A DNA stretch of 64,000 nt from Octopus vulgaris (lineage: Eukaryota). How positions within the stretch are numbered: position 1 is the stretch's first letter; each line of letters opens with the position of its first letter. The DNA lies in assembly GCA_951406725.2 (NCBI GenBank), contig OX597815.1, positions 31,124,001 to 31,188,000 on the forward strand, read 5' to 3'. Shown one piece after another: positions 29,770 through 42,838 of the stretch. The position numbers were made by a program, and so were the translations under genes. The notes under the pieces were generated by a model. That model had not been told where the DNA came from and did no database searches. It saw only the letters and a list, made by a program, of their open reading frames with translations.

Positions 29770-29914
29770 GATGTTGCCTTTCAGCATTTCAGGGTCGATA
29801 AATTAAGTACTAGTTGAGCACTGGGGGTCGATGTAATCGGCTTATCGCCTCCCCAAACATTTCAGGCCTTGTGCCAATAGCAGAAAGGTTTATTATTATT
29901 ATTATTATTATTAT

Positions 29915-29961
<47 letters not shown>
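29640..29961 (+). mobile_element. Decayed SINE-B with internal (TTA)n and a terminal (TTA)n(GTA)n tract
   Basis: GCCTTTCA..GGGTCGATAAATTAAGTAC..GGGGTCGATGTAATCG..CCTTGTGCC. Confidence 0.7.
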
Positions 29962-31100
29962 TATGAAAACTCATCGCTTATTTTGCTGGGTATGATAGTA
30001 TCAGCTGTCCACAGTCAGCAGACTAAGCTGATTTTCTTTTTTACTGGTCATGTTTCAAGAACCCTGCGAAGAATTCTTGGAGTTCCAAACAATGTTGTTC
30101 TTTGTAGGTTTTCTACCTTCACACATACACCGATCTATTTCAGCCATGTTGGTAGCTGAGTGCTGATACTTCCAAGTGCACTAATTACTATTGGTATCGC
30201 GTCAACTCCCTTCATTGACCGCAAACTTCGTATTTCCCACTTTATTTTTTTATTTTTCTTCCACACTGATCCTGCTGTCACCAGGGCATGCTATGTCGAT
30301 TATCATAAATGTTCTTTCTTTTTTATTCACCACAACAATGTCTGGTTTCCGATGTCTGGTCAGGTGATCGCACTGAATCATTACATCTCACAGGATTTGA
30401 CATTTCTCATTCTCGGTGACCCCTTCTGGAGTTTGCTCATACTACGTCTTTGCTCTTTGTAGGCCGTGGTTTCCACAGAGCTCCCAATCGTTCACTCTTG
30501 CCACATTGTCATGGCGTCTTTTGTAGCCGCGTTGTGCCAATGTCGGGCTTCGCTAACGATGTGCCAAACCGTCTCACCCCTGACACCACACATTCTGCAC
30601 TTGTTGATATCGGTAGTGTTGTCTATTCTGCACTTCTTACAATTGGTCCCTAACTCTTGTTCCTGAGCTGCGCATATGAGTGTTTCTGTCTCTATATTCA
30701 GGTTACTTCTCCTTTACCATAGCTACCGGTTCTCTGTATCTGTGTTGGTATTCACATTCCTTGCAAACTGGCCATACATTTTCTTTTCCTTCCATGCTTT
30801 TTCTTTCCCTTTTATTTTTGTTCATTTCTTGCGCAAAGTTTTCTTTAGTTACAGAATTTTCAGTTTTGATGAGGCCGCCCTTCTTGTGTTTCAACAGTGG
30901 CTCAATAGCATTTTTATATACCACCCTAGGCTATTTTCTTCTGCTTCGAGACAGTCCTGGCAACTGATCAAACCTCTCCCACCCTTTTTTCTGGACAAGT
31001 ACAGCCTTATGGTGTCATTCTTAGGATGGATGGCTCCGTGTGCTGTCTTTTCTGGTCTTTGAATCCATTTTCTTCATTTCTCTCTCTTGCCGTTTTAAAA
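29962..31100 (-). mobile_element. R4/Dong-like RLE LINE, 5'-truncated and decayed (thumb, CCHC, RLE, 3' UTR)
   Basis: HPKNDTIRLYLSRKKGGRGLI, ETETLICAAQEQ, CRMCGVRGETVWHIVSE, RKPDIVVV..IIDIACP, PIVISALG..LQRTTLFGTPRILRRVL. Confidence 0.88.
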
Positions 31101-31104
31101 TTAT

Positions 31105-34005
31105 AATTACATTTTTTCTTGTATCCTTTCTCTGCTAGCATGCTACATTCACTTACTCTATTAGTAACGCTTTCTTCTTTTGATTTGCGTTGGTTTTTGT
31201 CTATTTTGCCTTTTATCCAATTAGTGCTTAATGCTTGATCTTGTGCAGCTACTAAGAAACTTTCTATCTCCCTCTTCAGCTTTCCCTTCTGCAGCCATAA
31301 CTATCTATCTTTGAGAATCTATCATGCAACGACTTCTGATGTCACTCAGATAATTTGTTATTTTTTCTAGTTTTAAGTTCGTTTGGCGTTTTGGTTTCCC
31401 TATGTCTTGCTGTGATTCTAGCAGCTTTTAAGAAGCTTTCTTCACTATTACCCTCTTAGAAGTCTATATCTACTCTAGCTAACTCCACGTCTTCTCCTAC
31501 TGATATTAACCCTCTTCCACCTTCCTTTCTAAGTAGGTATCATCTTGCACCTCGTTCCCTTGGATGGAGCCCTCCATTCACATTGAAATCCCTCCGAGTT
31601 TTTCAGCCTAGCTTTGCTAATTCATCTTTTTCCAATCTACAAAAGCTGCTGAATATCTAAGTAATGATAGTGCCCCAATATTTACAGACTTCACCAGATT
31701 CGGGCTATTTAATTTTGACTTCATTAGCTTTCTTACCTATCTGATGTACTCTTTCTCAATTTTTATTTTCATTTCTGTAGTTAGTACTCTGTCAGATCCT
31801 AATACTCATAGATACTTATAACTCTATCCTCTTTTCAATGATTTTAATGTCTGGTCATCTTGTAATTGGATGCCGTCGCTGTTGGCCACCTGTACCCTTC
31901 TCATGACTAATATTGCACACTTATCTATGCCAAATTCCATGCCTATATCTTTGCTGAAGAGTCTTAGAGTCTGTATTAAGGAATCTATCTCTTTTTCATT
32001 CTTACTAAAAAAAACTTCAGATCCCATGTAGAGCAAATGGCTAATTTTTCCATTACTCTTTCTGAATTGATACCCTGCCTTTGCCTTCCTAAATACTAAA
32101 CTGAGTGGGATCAAACACAGAACAAATATTAAAAGGGATTGCGGGTCCGTTGGAAAATTCCTCTGTTCATATTAACTTTCCCTAACAGTGTGTTACCTAA
32201 GTATAGATCTACCTCCCATACCTTCATGCTAAAGCTAATTAATTCTCTTATGTTATCTGTTATACTGAATATATTCGAACATTCATTTATCCATGAGTGT
32301 GGGAACATGTCATAGGCTTTCCTATACTACATCCATTATATTGTTATTTTTTCTAGTTTTAAGTTCGTTTGGCGTTTTTCTAGTCTTCTATGTCTTGCTG
32401 TTCTTCTTGTAGCAACTTCTGGTTGTCAAGATGCTCGTAAATACTTTATGAAAGCTTTGCTGTTAACATCTACTCTAGCTAACTCCACGTCTTCTCCTAC
32501 TGATATTAACCCTCTTCCACCTTCCTTTCTAAGTAGGTATCATCTTGCACCTCGTTCCCTTGGATGGAGCCCTCCATTCACATTGAAATCCTGAAGTTGT
32601 TCCCTCAGCCTCTCATGTAAACTACTAAATTTCTTTAACCAGTATCCTTCAACTAAATCTGGCCCTGGCCCTTCAATTCGGCATTTTCCTAACACTTTAC
32701 TCATTAATGGTCTAGTTAATCTTAGAACTGACTGTTTCTCACTCACTATTTCTTCCCTCACTTTCTTTAACCATAGAGCATCTCCATTACGATTGACTGG
32801 TTTATCTCAGATATAACTCCAGGAATTTCTAGCTTCCTCTGTATTAGGTTTCTCATCTTCGGTACTTCGTTCTCCACTATTTATTTGGTTACAAATCTCC
32901 TCTGGTCTGTCTCAAACAATCTGTTCTGTTGATACTGATCTATTCTTTTCTGATATCTGGAGAGCTATGCTACTGCTATGATACGCTGTTTCAACAATTC
33001 TGTTACTGTCCCAAATCATTTATCATTGACTAAGCAACTTTTCTCGAGGGATGATTTGCATCTTGTTTTCCTAACTTGTTCAGTTCCCAGGCTTCTATTC
33101 TACTCAAATCTTGTCTTAAAATTTTCCCATTATTTTGTAGTCTCTTTTTCCACATTTGCTCTTTTTTAACTCTTTCACTGTGAGATATCTAATCTTCTGA
33201 TGATAACTACCCCTCCTGCGTAGATCGATAAGTTAGTCCCTCCTATATTTTTAGTATCTATCCTCCTGATAACAGAATCTACTTTCCTAGTCATTTCTTG
33301 TAGCTTTCTTCTGTAGATGTCTCTTAATGCTGGCAGTCTTTTTCTTACTTCTTTACTCATTACTTCCTGCATCTCAACTAAAATCTTCTGATCTTCTTCA
33401 CTTAAATTCCTTAAGTCATTGATGCTAGTCGTCCCTTCCTTATTGGTAGCATTATTATTATTTTTTTCTTTAGGTTTTTCTTTGATTTAAACTGTATCTC
33501 TTATGTTGTTGATTGTCTTTCCTACTGTATCTCTTATGTTGTTGATTGTCTTTCCCACTGCCTGATCTTTTTTCCAGTTCTCTTGTGATCTTTTCTACCT
33601 CCAATTCTGTCATCCACTTTCTTTTCCTAATAGCATTAGCTTGATCAACTAATCTCTGCTCAGTTACTTTAAACATACCCTTCTCTACACAAAATATTAA
33701 CAGCCGTTTTCTATAATTCCTTCTTTTAGATTCACTTTCTAAGTGGCACTGCATCACCATCCTGTTTTTTTTCGCTTGTCCACTTCCTCCTCCTTGCTCT
33801 ATTATCTGCCGATGCGGTATTCGGATGACAGCTGTGGTCAGTCTGCATCTTTACTGATCCACTGCCGAGCGAGAGGCCTTCCCTTGAAGGTCCAGCTTCA
33901 TTCTCGCTGTTACAACCAAAGTTTATCGGAAACTCCTGTCTCTCATAAACTGAGGTATTGTAACGTTCGTCACCATCGTCATCACCACTATTATTTCTCG
34001 ACATC
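31105..34005 (-). mobile_element. R4/Dong-like RLE LINE, decayed, N-terminus through RT/thumb, 3' truncated
   Basis: RRRKWT..YRKRL..TEQRLVDQANAI, PGPDLVEGYWLKKF, KAYDMFPHSW, KISHLLYM, DIGMEFGIDKCA, YKYL, EGGRGLIS, FLVAAQDQAL; many stops and frameshifts. Confidence 0.9.
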
Positions 34006-34436
34006 TGAAAGTTTCAAGCAACTTTCAAGCAACTTTCTATTGCATCATTTGTTGCATGTTTCTGCGGTTGGGGTGGTGTGTGCTGCATTTTTTGGCGGGG
34101 GGAGGGGGATATTGTATTGTATCAGTACGTTTTGTTATAGGGTTTTGCTTGAGTCTTCTGTTGTATTAGTTTTTATTTTGAGTATTGTTTGTGTAACGTA
34201 GGTTGTGTTCTTTTGTCGGGTATCGGCCTTCTATGGCACATGTTGTGGGCGCTTTGTTCATTTTTTAGTTGGGTATTTACAATATGAGTTTTTTCTTGTA
34301 TGATTTTGGAGGGGTGCTGCGTAGTAGAGTGTGTAACTCCTAAATCAACTAATTTATTGTATTTATGATTATCCGTCCGCCATTCATTTTCTTGGTTTTG
34401 TTATGGGTTCCTTAATCATTATTACTGCATCAGGGC

Positions 34437-34437
<1 letters not shown>

Positions 34438-34500
<63 letters not shown>

Positions 34501-34535
34501 ATTATCATTATTATTATCATCATCATCATCATCAA
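34438..34535. repeat. (TTA)n(TCA)n tract upstream of the minus-strand LINE stack
   Basis: Directly visible. Confidence 0.95.
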
Positions 34536-34723
34536 TTCATAAACAAGATCTTGGCTCATTGCATGCATGCAGCACAACACACATGGACCTGGAAATTCTT
34601 GGCAAGTCGAACGCTTCTTGATCGATAAGATACGCACTATGTTTATTGAATCAATCATATTGCCCTCCAATAAATTTCTGGTTTTGTGCTAATGAAAGAA
34701 AGCATTGATTATTATAATATATA

Positions 34724-35352
34724 GGTGCAGGAGTGGCTGTGTGGTATGTAGCTTGCTTAGCAAACACTTGGCTCCGGGTTCAGTCCCACTGCGTGGAACC
34801 TACGGCAAGTGTTAGTGGATTTGGTAGACGGAAACTGAAAGAAGCCCGTTGTATATATGTATATTTATGTGTGTGTGTGTGTGTGTGTATGTTTGTGCAT
34901 ATGTGTTTGTCCCCCCCGCCCCCCAACATCACTTGACAACCGATGCTGGTGTGTTTAGGTCCCCGTAACATAGCGGTTCGGCAAAAGGCGGCGAGCTGGC
35001 AGAATCGTTAGTACACCGGACGAAATGCTTAGCGGTATTTCGTCTGTCGCTACGTTCTGAGTTCAAATTCCGCCGAGGTCGACTTTGCCTTTCATCCTTT
35101 CGGGGTCGATTAAATAAAATACCAGTTACGCACTGGGGTCGATATAATCGACTTAATCCGTTTGTCTGTCCTTGTTTGTCCTTTCTGTGTTTAGCCCTTG
35201 TGGGTAGTAAAGAAATAGGTTCGGCAAAAGAGCCCGATAGAATAAGTACTAGGCTTACAAAGAATAAGTCCTACGGTCGATTTGATTCGATTAAAGGCGG
35301 TGCTCAGTATGGCCGCTGTCAAATGACTGAAACAAGTAAAAAAAATAAAAGA
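34724..35352 (+). mobile_element. SINE-A interrupted by a nested SINE-B
   Basis: Family A sequence resumes at 35218 after the duplicated GGTTCGGCAAAA. Confidence 0.92.
34987..35217 (+). mobile_element. Young full-length SINE-B with 12-13 bp TSD
   Basis: TSD GGTTCGGCAAAA at 34975-34986 and 35218-35229; A-box-like AGCTGGCAGAA and B-box GAGTTCAAATTCC. Confidence 0.93.
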
Positions 35353-36272
35353 ATATAATAATAATTAAAGAATATAATAATAATTGGTATTTTCACAAGA
35401 CACATTTTGAGTTTAGCAAAATGAGATATTTTTACGTCATTGTCTTTCGAAGCATTTGTAGTTGTATCACAGACTCTTGCTCTATGACGATTGCCTCTTT
35501 CGTTCTTGTTAATCCTAATACTTATATATTCTGGGAGTCAATTATCTGTTGAAGTATATAAAAAAAATTGTGAAGCTTTTCGATAAAATCCCCACCATAA
35601 TTGGAATATTTAGAGTTGCCTTTTTTTTTTCTAAGATAAGTTATGTTCTTGATAGCATCTACTGTGTAGCAAACGTGTTGTTGTGTCATGTAGTCAGTTT
35701 ACAATAAACAAAAATCACTGTTGCAGGAACTATTTCGAAAATCAATGAAAAGTAAAACTAAAATAAAAATTTGTGCATCAGATTTATTCCCTAAGGAAAC
35801 TTATTGCAAAAAAGAAAATAAATAAATATATCATCTGCCAAGCAACAAACCGAATATATATGCGTTATATTTATCTTACTTTTCGTACATATATATTATT
35901 CTTGCCTCCGTTTCTAGAAGCTCCCTACAAATTACAGAATATCAATCATTTGGACTATCCATTAAACGCGAAAGTGTCAACATGGGTTTTGGACGGATCA
36001 ACTTCCTTATCTCCTATGATAGTTTAGACCATTCGCCATAGTTTTAGCTAGTTTTCTCATCCATCTAACATTCTCAACGCTCCTATCAAGGTTTTGTTTC
36101 TATGCCAAAATATTATTTGAGTCCGGTTTCGTGATATAACAATACTCTTGTAAGTAAAGAAGAAAAACAGATGCTTAATCCATATTCATATTGGTTGGCA
36201 TGGATGAGAACAGGAGGACGATACAACTATCCTGGGTTTACAAAATACGGAGATAAAATTCAGCACTACACA

Positions 36273-36338
<66 letters not shown>

Positions 36339-36374
36339 ACATATATATATATGCATATATATGTATGTGTATAT

Positions 36375-36432
<58 letters not shown>

Positions 36433-36434
<2 letters not shown>

Positions 36435-36731
36435 GTGCAATGGCCCAGTGGTTAGGGCAGCGGACTCGCGGTCATAGGATCGCAGTTTCGATTCCCAGAC
36501 CGGGCGTTGTGAGTGTTTACTGAGCGAAAACACCTAAAGCTTCACGAGCTTCCGGCAGGGAGTGGTGGCGATCCCTGCTGTAGTCTTTCATCGCAACTTT
36601 CTCTCGCTCTTTCTTCTGTTGGCCTGCTCGCTTAGCCAGCGGGGTGACGTCATTTGAAGGCTAAAACAATGCGAAGCGCATTGTGACCAGCGATATGTAG
36701 CAACATCTGATAGTCTGGTCGGTCTCGTGAT

Positions 36732-36740
<9 letters not shown>
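36433..36740 (+). mobile_element. tRNA(Arg)-like SINE, head H2 + tail T1 (octopus OR-type, from memory)
   Basis: TGGCCCAGTGGTTAGGGCAGCGGACTCGCGGTC (TCG anticodon-like), GTTTCGATTCCC; tail GTGATCACGTGATA followed by (TA)n. Confidence 0.88.
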
Positions 36741-36792
<52 letters not shown>

Positions 36793-36912
36793 GGATTGTG
36801 GAATAAAAAGAGAATCCCTTTTCACATCTTATCTGATTCATTTCATTTATTCGATGAAATTTGTTGAATTTTGTTCAATAAAGTCTTATATAGATCATTT
36901 GCTTATATATAT

Positions 36913-37430
36913 ACTAGCTTAAGGTGACCCGGTCTACGCGCGGGTGAGGGTGTGATTTTTTCTTTCTGTCGCTCTCTTTCTGTTTCTTATAGCTACATTC
37001 TCCCTCTTTGTTTCTCTCTCCTTTCTCCCTCACTTTTCCACTCTCTTACTCTTCCTTTCTCTCGGACTCTCCTTCCTTTTCTCTTACTCTCTATCTTTCT
37101 CTATCTGTCTCTTTCCCATTTATAAAAAAACAAAATATCTTGAGCAAGTTGATAAAGAAAATATTTAGAAAGATCAATCATAGATATCAGGCAATGACAA
37201 CGGAAAGCACACTTGCCTTTTGTTACGTGCCACTATTTTAGCGATTAAAAATACGGGAAAAAAGAATTTCTTAGTTAAATTTAGTACTTATTTGGGGAAG
37301 TTTTCGAGGACTGACCATACAAATGATCTGTAAATTTCTCTCAGAAAAAATGAAAACTGTAAACAATAAAAGGCATATGCTTATAGGCATTCACATGAGC
37401 ACACATGTATACAAACATGAGTATAAAATT
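36913..37430 (+). mobile_element. Possible non-autonomous Helitron/Helentron-like element
   Basis: ACTAGC start followed by hairpin ACCCG-N9-CGGGT and a CT-rich tract; 3' end uncertain. Confidence 0.4.
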
Positions 37431-37521
37431 TATTTTACCTTTATTTTGCTGTATTCATTATGTAGTTTTACTCTTATATACTAAAACTCATTATTCATAA
37501 TTATTATTACTATTATTATTA

Positions 37522-37795
37522 ATATAGAAAGGATTGAGGTAACTCCTCCTGAAGATATAGAGTCAAAATTAAAAGAATAGTGCCATTGTTATCTAGTGAA
37601 CGATATTTCGACATCTTGTGTGTCTTCAACTGGTTCAAAAAAATAAATTTGTCAATCTACTTCATTTTGGTTTATATAGAAAGCATTGCAGTAACTCCCC
37701 CTGAAGATATAGAATCAAAATTAAAAGAAGAGTGCCATTGTTATCTAGTGAACGAAACACCAAGAAGGTGTTTCACTGGTTATAAAAATAAAAAA
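37522..37795 (+). repeat. Tandem duplication, 152-bp period
   Basis: 37522-37603 vs 37674-37755: 82 bp with 6 mismatches. Confidence 0.93.
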
Positions 37796-39569
37796 TGACT
37801 AACGGTTAACTTTCCTTTTGTTTATATTATTAAAATTCAAATCTGGTAAAACAGAATAGCGATAATGTTTTGAAACTCAATTAAAGCTACTATCTAAATA
37901 CATGCAAGCCTTCACTACAAAGGAATAATTAAAGTTAAACATAATTAAATACGGCTTGCAGAATAGTCAAATGCTTTCAACACTAATAGTTCATATCTAT
38001 GTGTAATTCTATATGCTGATATGAATATGTGATATGAATAAATAACGTTTGTATAACATGTCCGCTAATTCTAAACATTAATTAAGAATAGCATAACGAT
38101 ATTTCAAGGAGAGATTAATAGATGAAGAGAGGGGTTTATGTACATGGGAATACAAACAATTATATGAACGATGACATCGTCTAATGATATCTCTTATCGA
38201 GTTCAGCATATCGTATCAGAAAATGAGCCTGAGGTATTTGCAGATGCTTCATGCAAATTACATTCACAGATGATGTAAACAAGTGTTGATCGCTAATAAT
38301 GACTACAGATGATGTTACAAGATAGTTTGTGATACCATCGGAAAACCTATTCATATAGATATTAGTGTGAAAACCCTGTCAGCAGTATCTCGTAAGTAAG
38401 AAATTGATGAGGGATATTTTCAAATACTCCCAGCAGATGATATTTGTAAGTAATATGAGTAGACGTATGTCGCTGGGGTGAAAATTATAATACATGTTTA
38501 CAAGGAATGGTGACTAAAAGAAGTTAATATTATATAAACATATCAAGTTTAGAGATAATGTAAAGCATTTGGATATGAAGACTTAATAAAAGACTTGGTT
38601 CACTATTCGCCACGTTCTCCTTATTCCCTCTTACTTAAGCAAAGAATCGAATGCGAATGAGGTTCCATGGCATTCATGAGGTTCTAGAGAGAATTTGCAA
38701 CGTGACTACAGTAAAATGGCCTGCTTTTGAAATTTGTTGCTTTTAATAGACAATAATTATTAAGATTTAGTAGCTAATAATTTCATGCTTAACTGAACAC
38801 TTGAAACTTTATCTGATAGATAACCTCAAATTTCCCACCTAGGGATTAATCCAGAATCTTCTGAGTCCAGAAGAGTGCTGTTATATATCGGATTTCCTAA
38901 GCAAAGAAAACTAGGTTTGACAGAAAATACGTAAAAAATAACGAGAAATAGTTCAGGGAGATCATGCTTTAATGTTTTTGTTTGTTTATTAAATAACTAG
39001 CAACAACGATGTGGCATACAAAAAAAAAACAGACCAAAGTCTGCTTGGAATGTGTGTTGGTGTAACCCGATTAGGAGATAAGACAGATATAATTATATCA
39101 TATTTGAATAATTACATGTATTCAGATTGGCGCACAAGTACACTCACATAAAATCACATACAAATACGCGCGCGCACACACACACACACTCATGCACGCA
39201 CACACACACACACACACTCATGCACTCACACACACATATATTATGATTTGTCTTAGATATAGCGATACCAGTAACCAGTAGTTAGAACGCAATATATTTA
39301 TGCTTTAGAGTAAAGCGTCAGAGAAGTAAGGATATCAATTAACGAATGGCAAAAAAGGAACAGGTGATACGCTGTCAGTTGTATTAGTATACGATTGTTT
39401 CTGCAATAAGGGACATTGCACTCAATACTGAGTGCTAGTGCAACGTCTTATAGCTTTCTCAGAACCATTTAAATTAAGTGTATGTTAATTCTCGTAAACT
39501 GTGGTTTTTCTGCTCCCCAAAGACGAAGCGAGTAAATTAACAGAAGAAAGGGCTGTTGGGCATATCATT

Positions 39570-39900
39570 ACAAGTAGATCCTTGATGTACAGAAGAAGAA
39601 TGGGAGTGGGCGTAGGACCTAAATCTGAGTCACACCTATGTTGATTGAATGTAGGACAGAAAGATCCTCTCCGACACATGCTCCAACTGTGCGATGTGAT
39701 AGGAAGGTGTCGATCCTGTAGCTGGATAGTTTCAAATAAGAGATTTGTATACCAGATATGGTCATTTTTGCTAATATCGAAAGTAACATCACCTTTTCAC
39801 CAAATTTATTTTTAAGCGACGGTCCACTAGAAGTTGACATAAGCTAGAAGAACGTCCAGTGAAATTGCCTTTGTTGAAGTTGTAGAAAGAGACGAAAAGA
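39570..39900 (-). mobile_element. Decayed CR1/L2/Jockey-group RT fragment
   Basis: IDTFLSHRTVGACVGEDLSVLHSINIGVTQ / SDLGP..LLLYIKDLL resembles FLSDR..GVPQGSVLGP.LFLLYINDL. Confidence 0.7.
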
Positions 39901-40199
39901 GATCGATAGGGGTTGGGAATATTTCCGTTAACGGTTGTTTACATTATCTTTGAAATACTTGGAGTGCAGTAAGACGATAGTCGGCAGAGACTAGACTTAC
40001 TTGGTCGGAAACGAATTAATGATGTTTTCGGAATTCTATTGAGAAGGGTAACGTAAAGGACTGGGGTTTTTTTTCTGAGTTGTTTTTTATATTGTTCTGA
40101 TAATATGGAGCTGTAGTGGCTCTTTGAGTGAGAGAAAATGTTGCATCTCTTCGCCTAATTGTTACATATTAACAACCATGGTACCTTGAAGCTAAGGGT

Positions 40200-40476
<277 letters not shown>

Positions 40477-40887
40477 GAGAGAGGGAGAGAGAGAGATCGA
40501 AAGGAGTTTAAATTTGGTGGGGGGGATCAGCAAATATCTCCTTTTTCTCTTTTCTGAATCCAATGTATTCCCAGTGAGAAATCGGGTCTATAGACTTCAA
40601 GAAAATAGAAACGATAAGTAAGTCGTTGGCATATTTCTCGCGGTATTAGCGATATGCTTGAAAGGAGACAGTTTCCACGGGGAATAGAAATTTAGTGACA
40701 GGAATGCTTAGCAAACAATAGAAATAGCTTAAACAGTGTCGAATATAAGTTCAGTGTTGAATATATCTTTATAAATGTATATAACTTCCATATTAATGAT
40801 TTCTAGTCTCTGCACAAATTCGCAGAGCTAGAGTCTGGAAATAATCGATTGAATCTACACCATTGCCTGAATGGTACTAAATTTATC

Positions 40888-41082
40888 ACATGGTCACGCG
40901 ACCGACCAGGTTATCAGATGATACAAATCGCTGGTTACAGTGCGCTTTTGCATTCTTTTAGCCTTCAAATGACGTCACCCCGCTGGGTAGGCTAGCATGC
41001 CAACAATCCCAGCTGGAGCAACGTAAAATGAAGTGTTTTGCTCAAAAACATATTGCATGGTTTAGTCAGAGAATCGAACCAA
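40888..41082 (-). mobile_element. SINE fragment, H1 body + T1 tail
   Basis: Reverse complement of the T1 tail (TTAGCCTTCAAATGACGTCACCCCGCTGG) and of GAGCAAAACACTTCATTT. Confidence 0.8.
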
Positions 41083-41288
41083 CTTTGAAAATATGGAAAC
41101 CAGCGTTGATATTGGCATGTTTTAAACACAGAACATAATGAGACACTACGAAAATATTTTATACGGCATTTTACTGATTTTGCCAAATCACCGTCCTTTA
41201 GTTGTTTCAGGAGGTAAAGAGTTTGAACAAATACCGCAACCAGTTTTATCCTGTGTCCTAACGATTCTGGCAAACAACCGTCCTATGT

Positions 41289-41498
41289 AGAGGCGCGTGG
41301 CTTGGTGGTTAGGGTATTGGACTAATGACAGTAAGATTGTGCTTTCGATTCCTGGACTGGGTGAAGCTTTGTGTTCTTCAGCAAAACACTTCATTTCCTG
41401 TTGCTCCAGTCCATTCAGCTAGCAAAAATGAGTAATCCTGCGACGGACCAGTGTCCCGTCCGAGTGCGGAATTTACACGCCACGAAACCGGGAAACCG
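41289..41498 (+). mobile_element. tRNA-derived SINE, head H1 + tail T3
   Basis: GCGCGTGGCTTGGTGGTTAGGGT..TTTCGATTCC..GAAACCGGGAAACCG; minus-strand copy at 52165-52390. Confidence 0.85.
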
Positions 41499-41579
41499 AA
41501 CGACGTCTGCACTTATAATGTACATGAAATAATTAAATTATTTATTATGTATTTTATTGTGTTCTGTATTATGCGTGAC

Positions 41580-41636
41580 CACACGGGCCGTGGAAAACTT
41601 GTATTGCATGAAAGCCGTCCGTGGTGCTAAAAAAAG
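41580..41636 (+). mobile_element. Remnant resembling a hAT-Charlie (MER1-like) subterminal sequence
   Basis: CCGTGGAAAACTTGTATTGCATGAAAGCCGTCCGTGGTGCTAAAAA; recognition from memory. Confidence 0.4.
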
Positions 41637-42636
41637 AAGAATTTCCCCTATCGGTTTTCCACAGAAATATGTCTGTATGAAAGTTTCTTCATACCCACCT
41701 CTTTTATAATTGACATTAATGCGTCGACCTCATCAGTCTTACAAAGTTTATAGACGTAGTCTCTCAGCTATATACTAAATATCAGAAGTAAAACATTTCA
41801 TTCCGTGTCAATGGTGTATTGACGGGACTATAATATCCAGCAGATATATTATGTGATACCGTGAAATTACCATACTTATTTCTTAATTACTATAGACTAA
41901 TGGAGCATAACATTATTAATAGTTATAGACTTGGAATGCAATGTTAAACAATATTTAATCGTTCTTGTATAGAACAGAGGAAAGTATTCAAAGAGATATA
42001 TTGAAAATATAGCGATATAATTATCAAAGACACAGGCAGAACTTATATTAAAGAAAGCAAGAACAAGATTATGATGGCTTTTTATGCTAATAAATTCCAA
42101 TTTAGATCTTTTAGATATGAAACATTTATTATCTCATTTGGATATATATAAAAGTTGTTTATTATTTGCTTAGTAACTGATGTATCATTTCTCATCAAAA
42201 TACATTATCATCATGATATCCAAGTCAAATAGTGAATGCTGTAAATTTGTTGATAAGTTCCTGTTGAATTCCTAAGTTAGGACCAAATTTTATTATTTAT
42301 AGTTGCTATTTTATATATTCTTCATAAAACCATTTAATAAAAAGAAGCCCAGGTATTTTATATTTTTCAAAAGAAAGGTGAGGAAGAGCAAAACACCTGC
42401 TGTTGAATAATTGTCTTCATTCCCTATCACATGTCAAATAATTTCTTCGCCTAAAAACATAAGATGTTGCAACAGATTTCATTGCAATATTCTAAAATTA
42501 TATCTAAATTTATAAATATTAGTTTCAAATTTTGGTACAAGGCCAGCAGTTTGTGTTATTTCTCATGATGCTTATTGCGTTTTTGTTGCTTTTTTTGCTC
42601 CTTTGTCTACCCTGGTTCTGTTCTTCCTTCTTCCAG

Positions 42637-42838
42637 ACATGATGAAGACATTGCCTTTGACTCTTTAAAGGTTTCCAGGACTGGTGGGAGAGGAGGGGGA
42701 AAGTATCAGCCAAACAGGAGCTTTATCCGAATGTTTGCAACAGAGTAAACTCTGCACAAGGGCACACACACTGCTAGATGATGGTGTTAAACAAGGTTAC
42801 AGATTAAGTCGACGCTGATAACTGCATAACGGAATAAA
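42637..42838 (+). other. Candidate terminal exon (unverified)
   Basis: Long pyrimidine tract ending TTCCAG at 42636, short open frame to TAA at 42746-42748, AATAAA at 42833-42838 followed by GT-rich sequence. Confidence 0.2.

Noticed and set aside
30160-31062. Plus-strand ORFs of 66-128 aa (similarly 4123-4524, 58997-59410 and 60849-61503)
   Set aside because: They are antisense shadows of LINE coding sequence.
36436-36510. tRNA-Arg gene (also 60206-60280)
   Set aside because: The cloverleaf is incomplete, it continues into a SINE body, and the second copy has a TSD; it is a SINE head.
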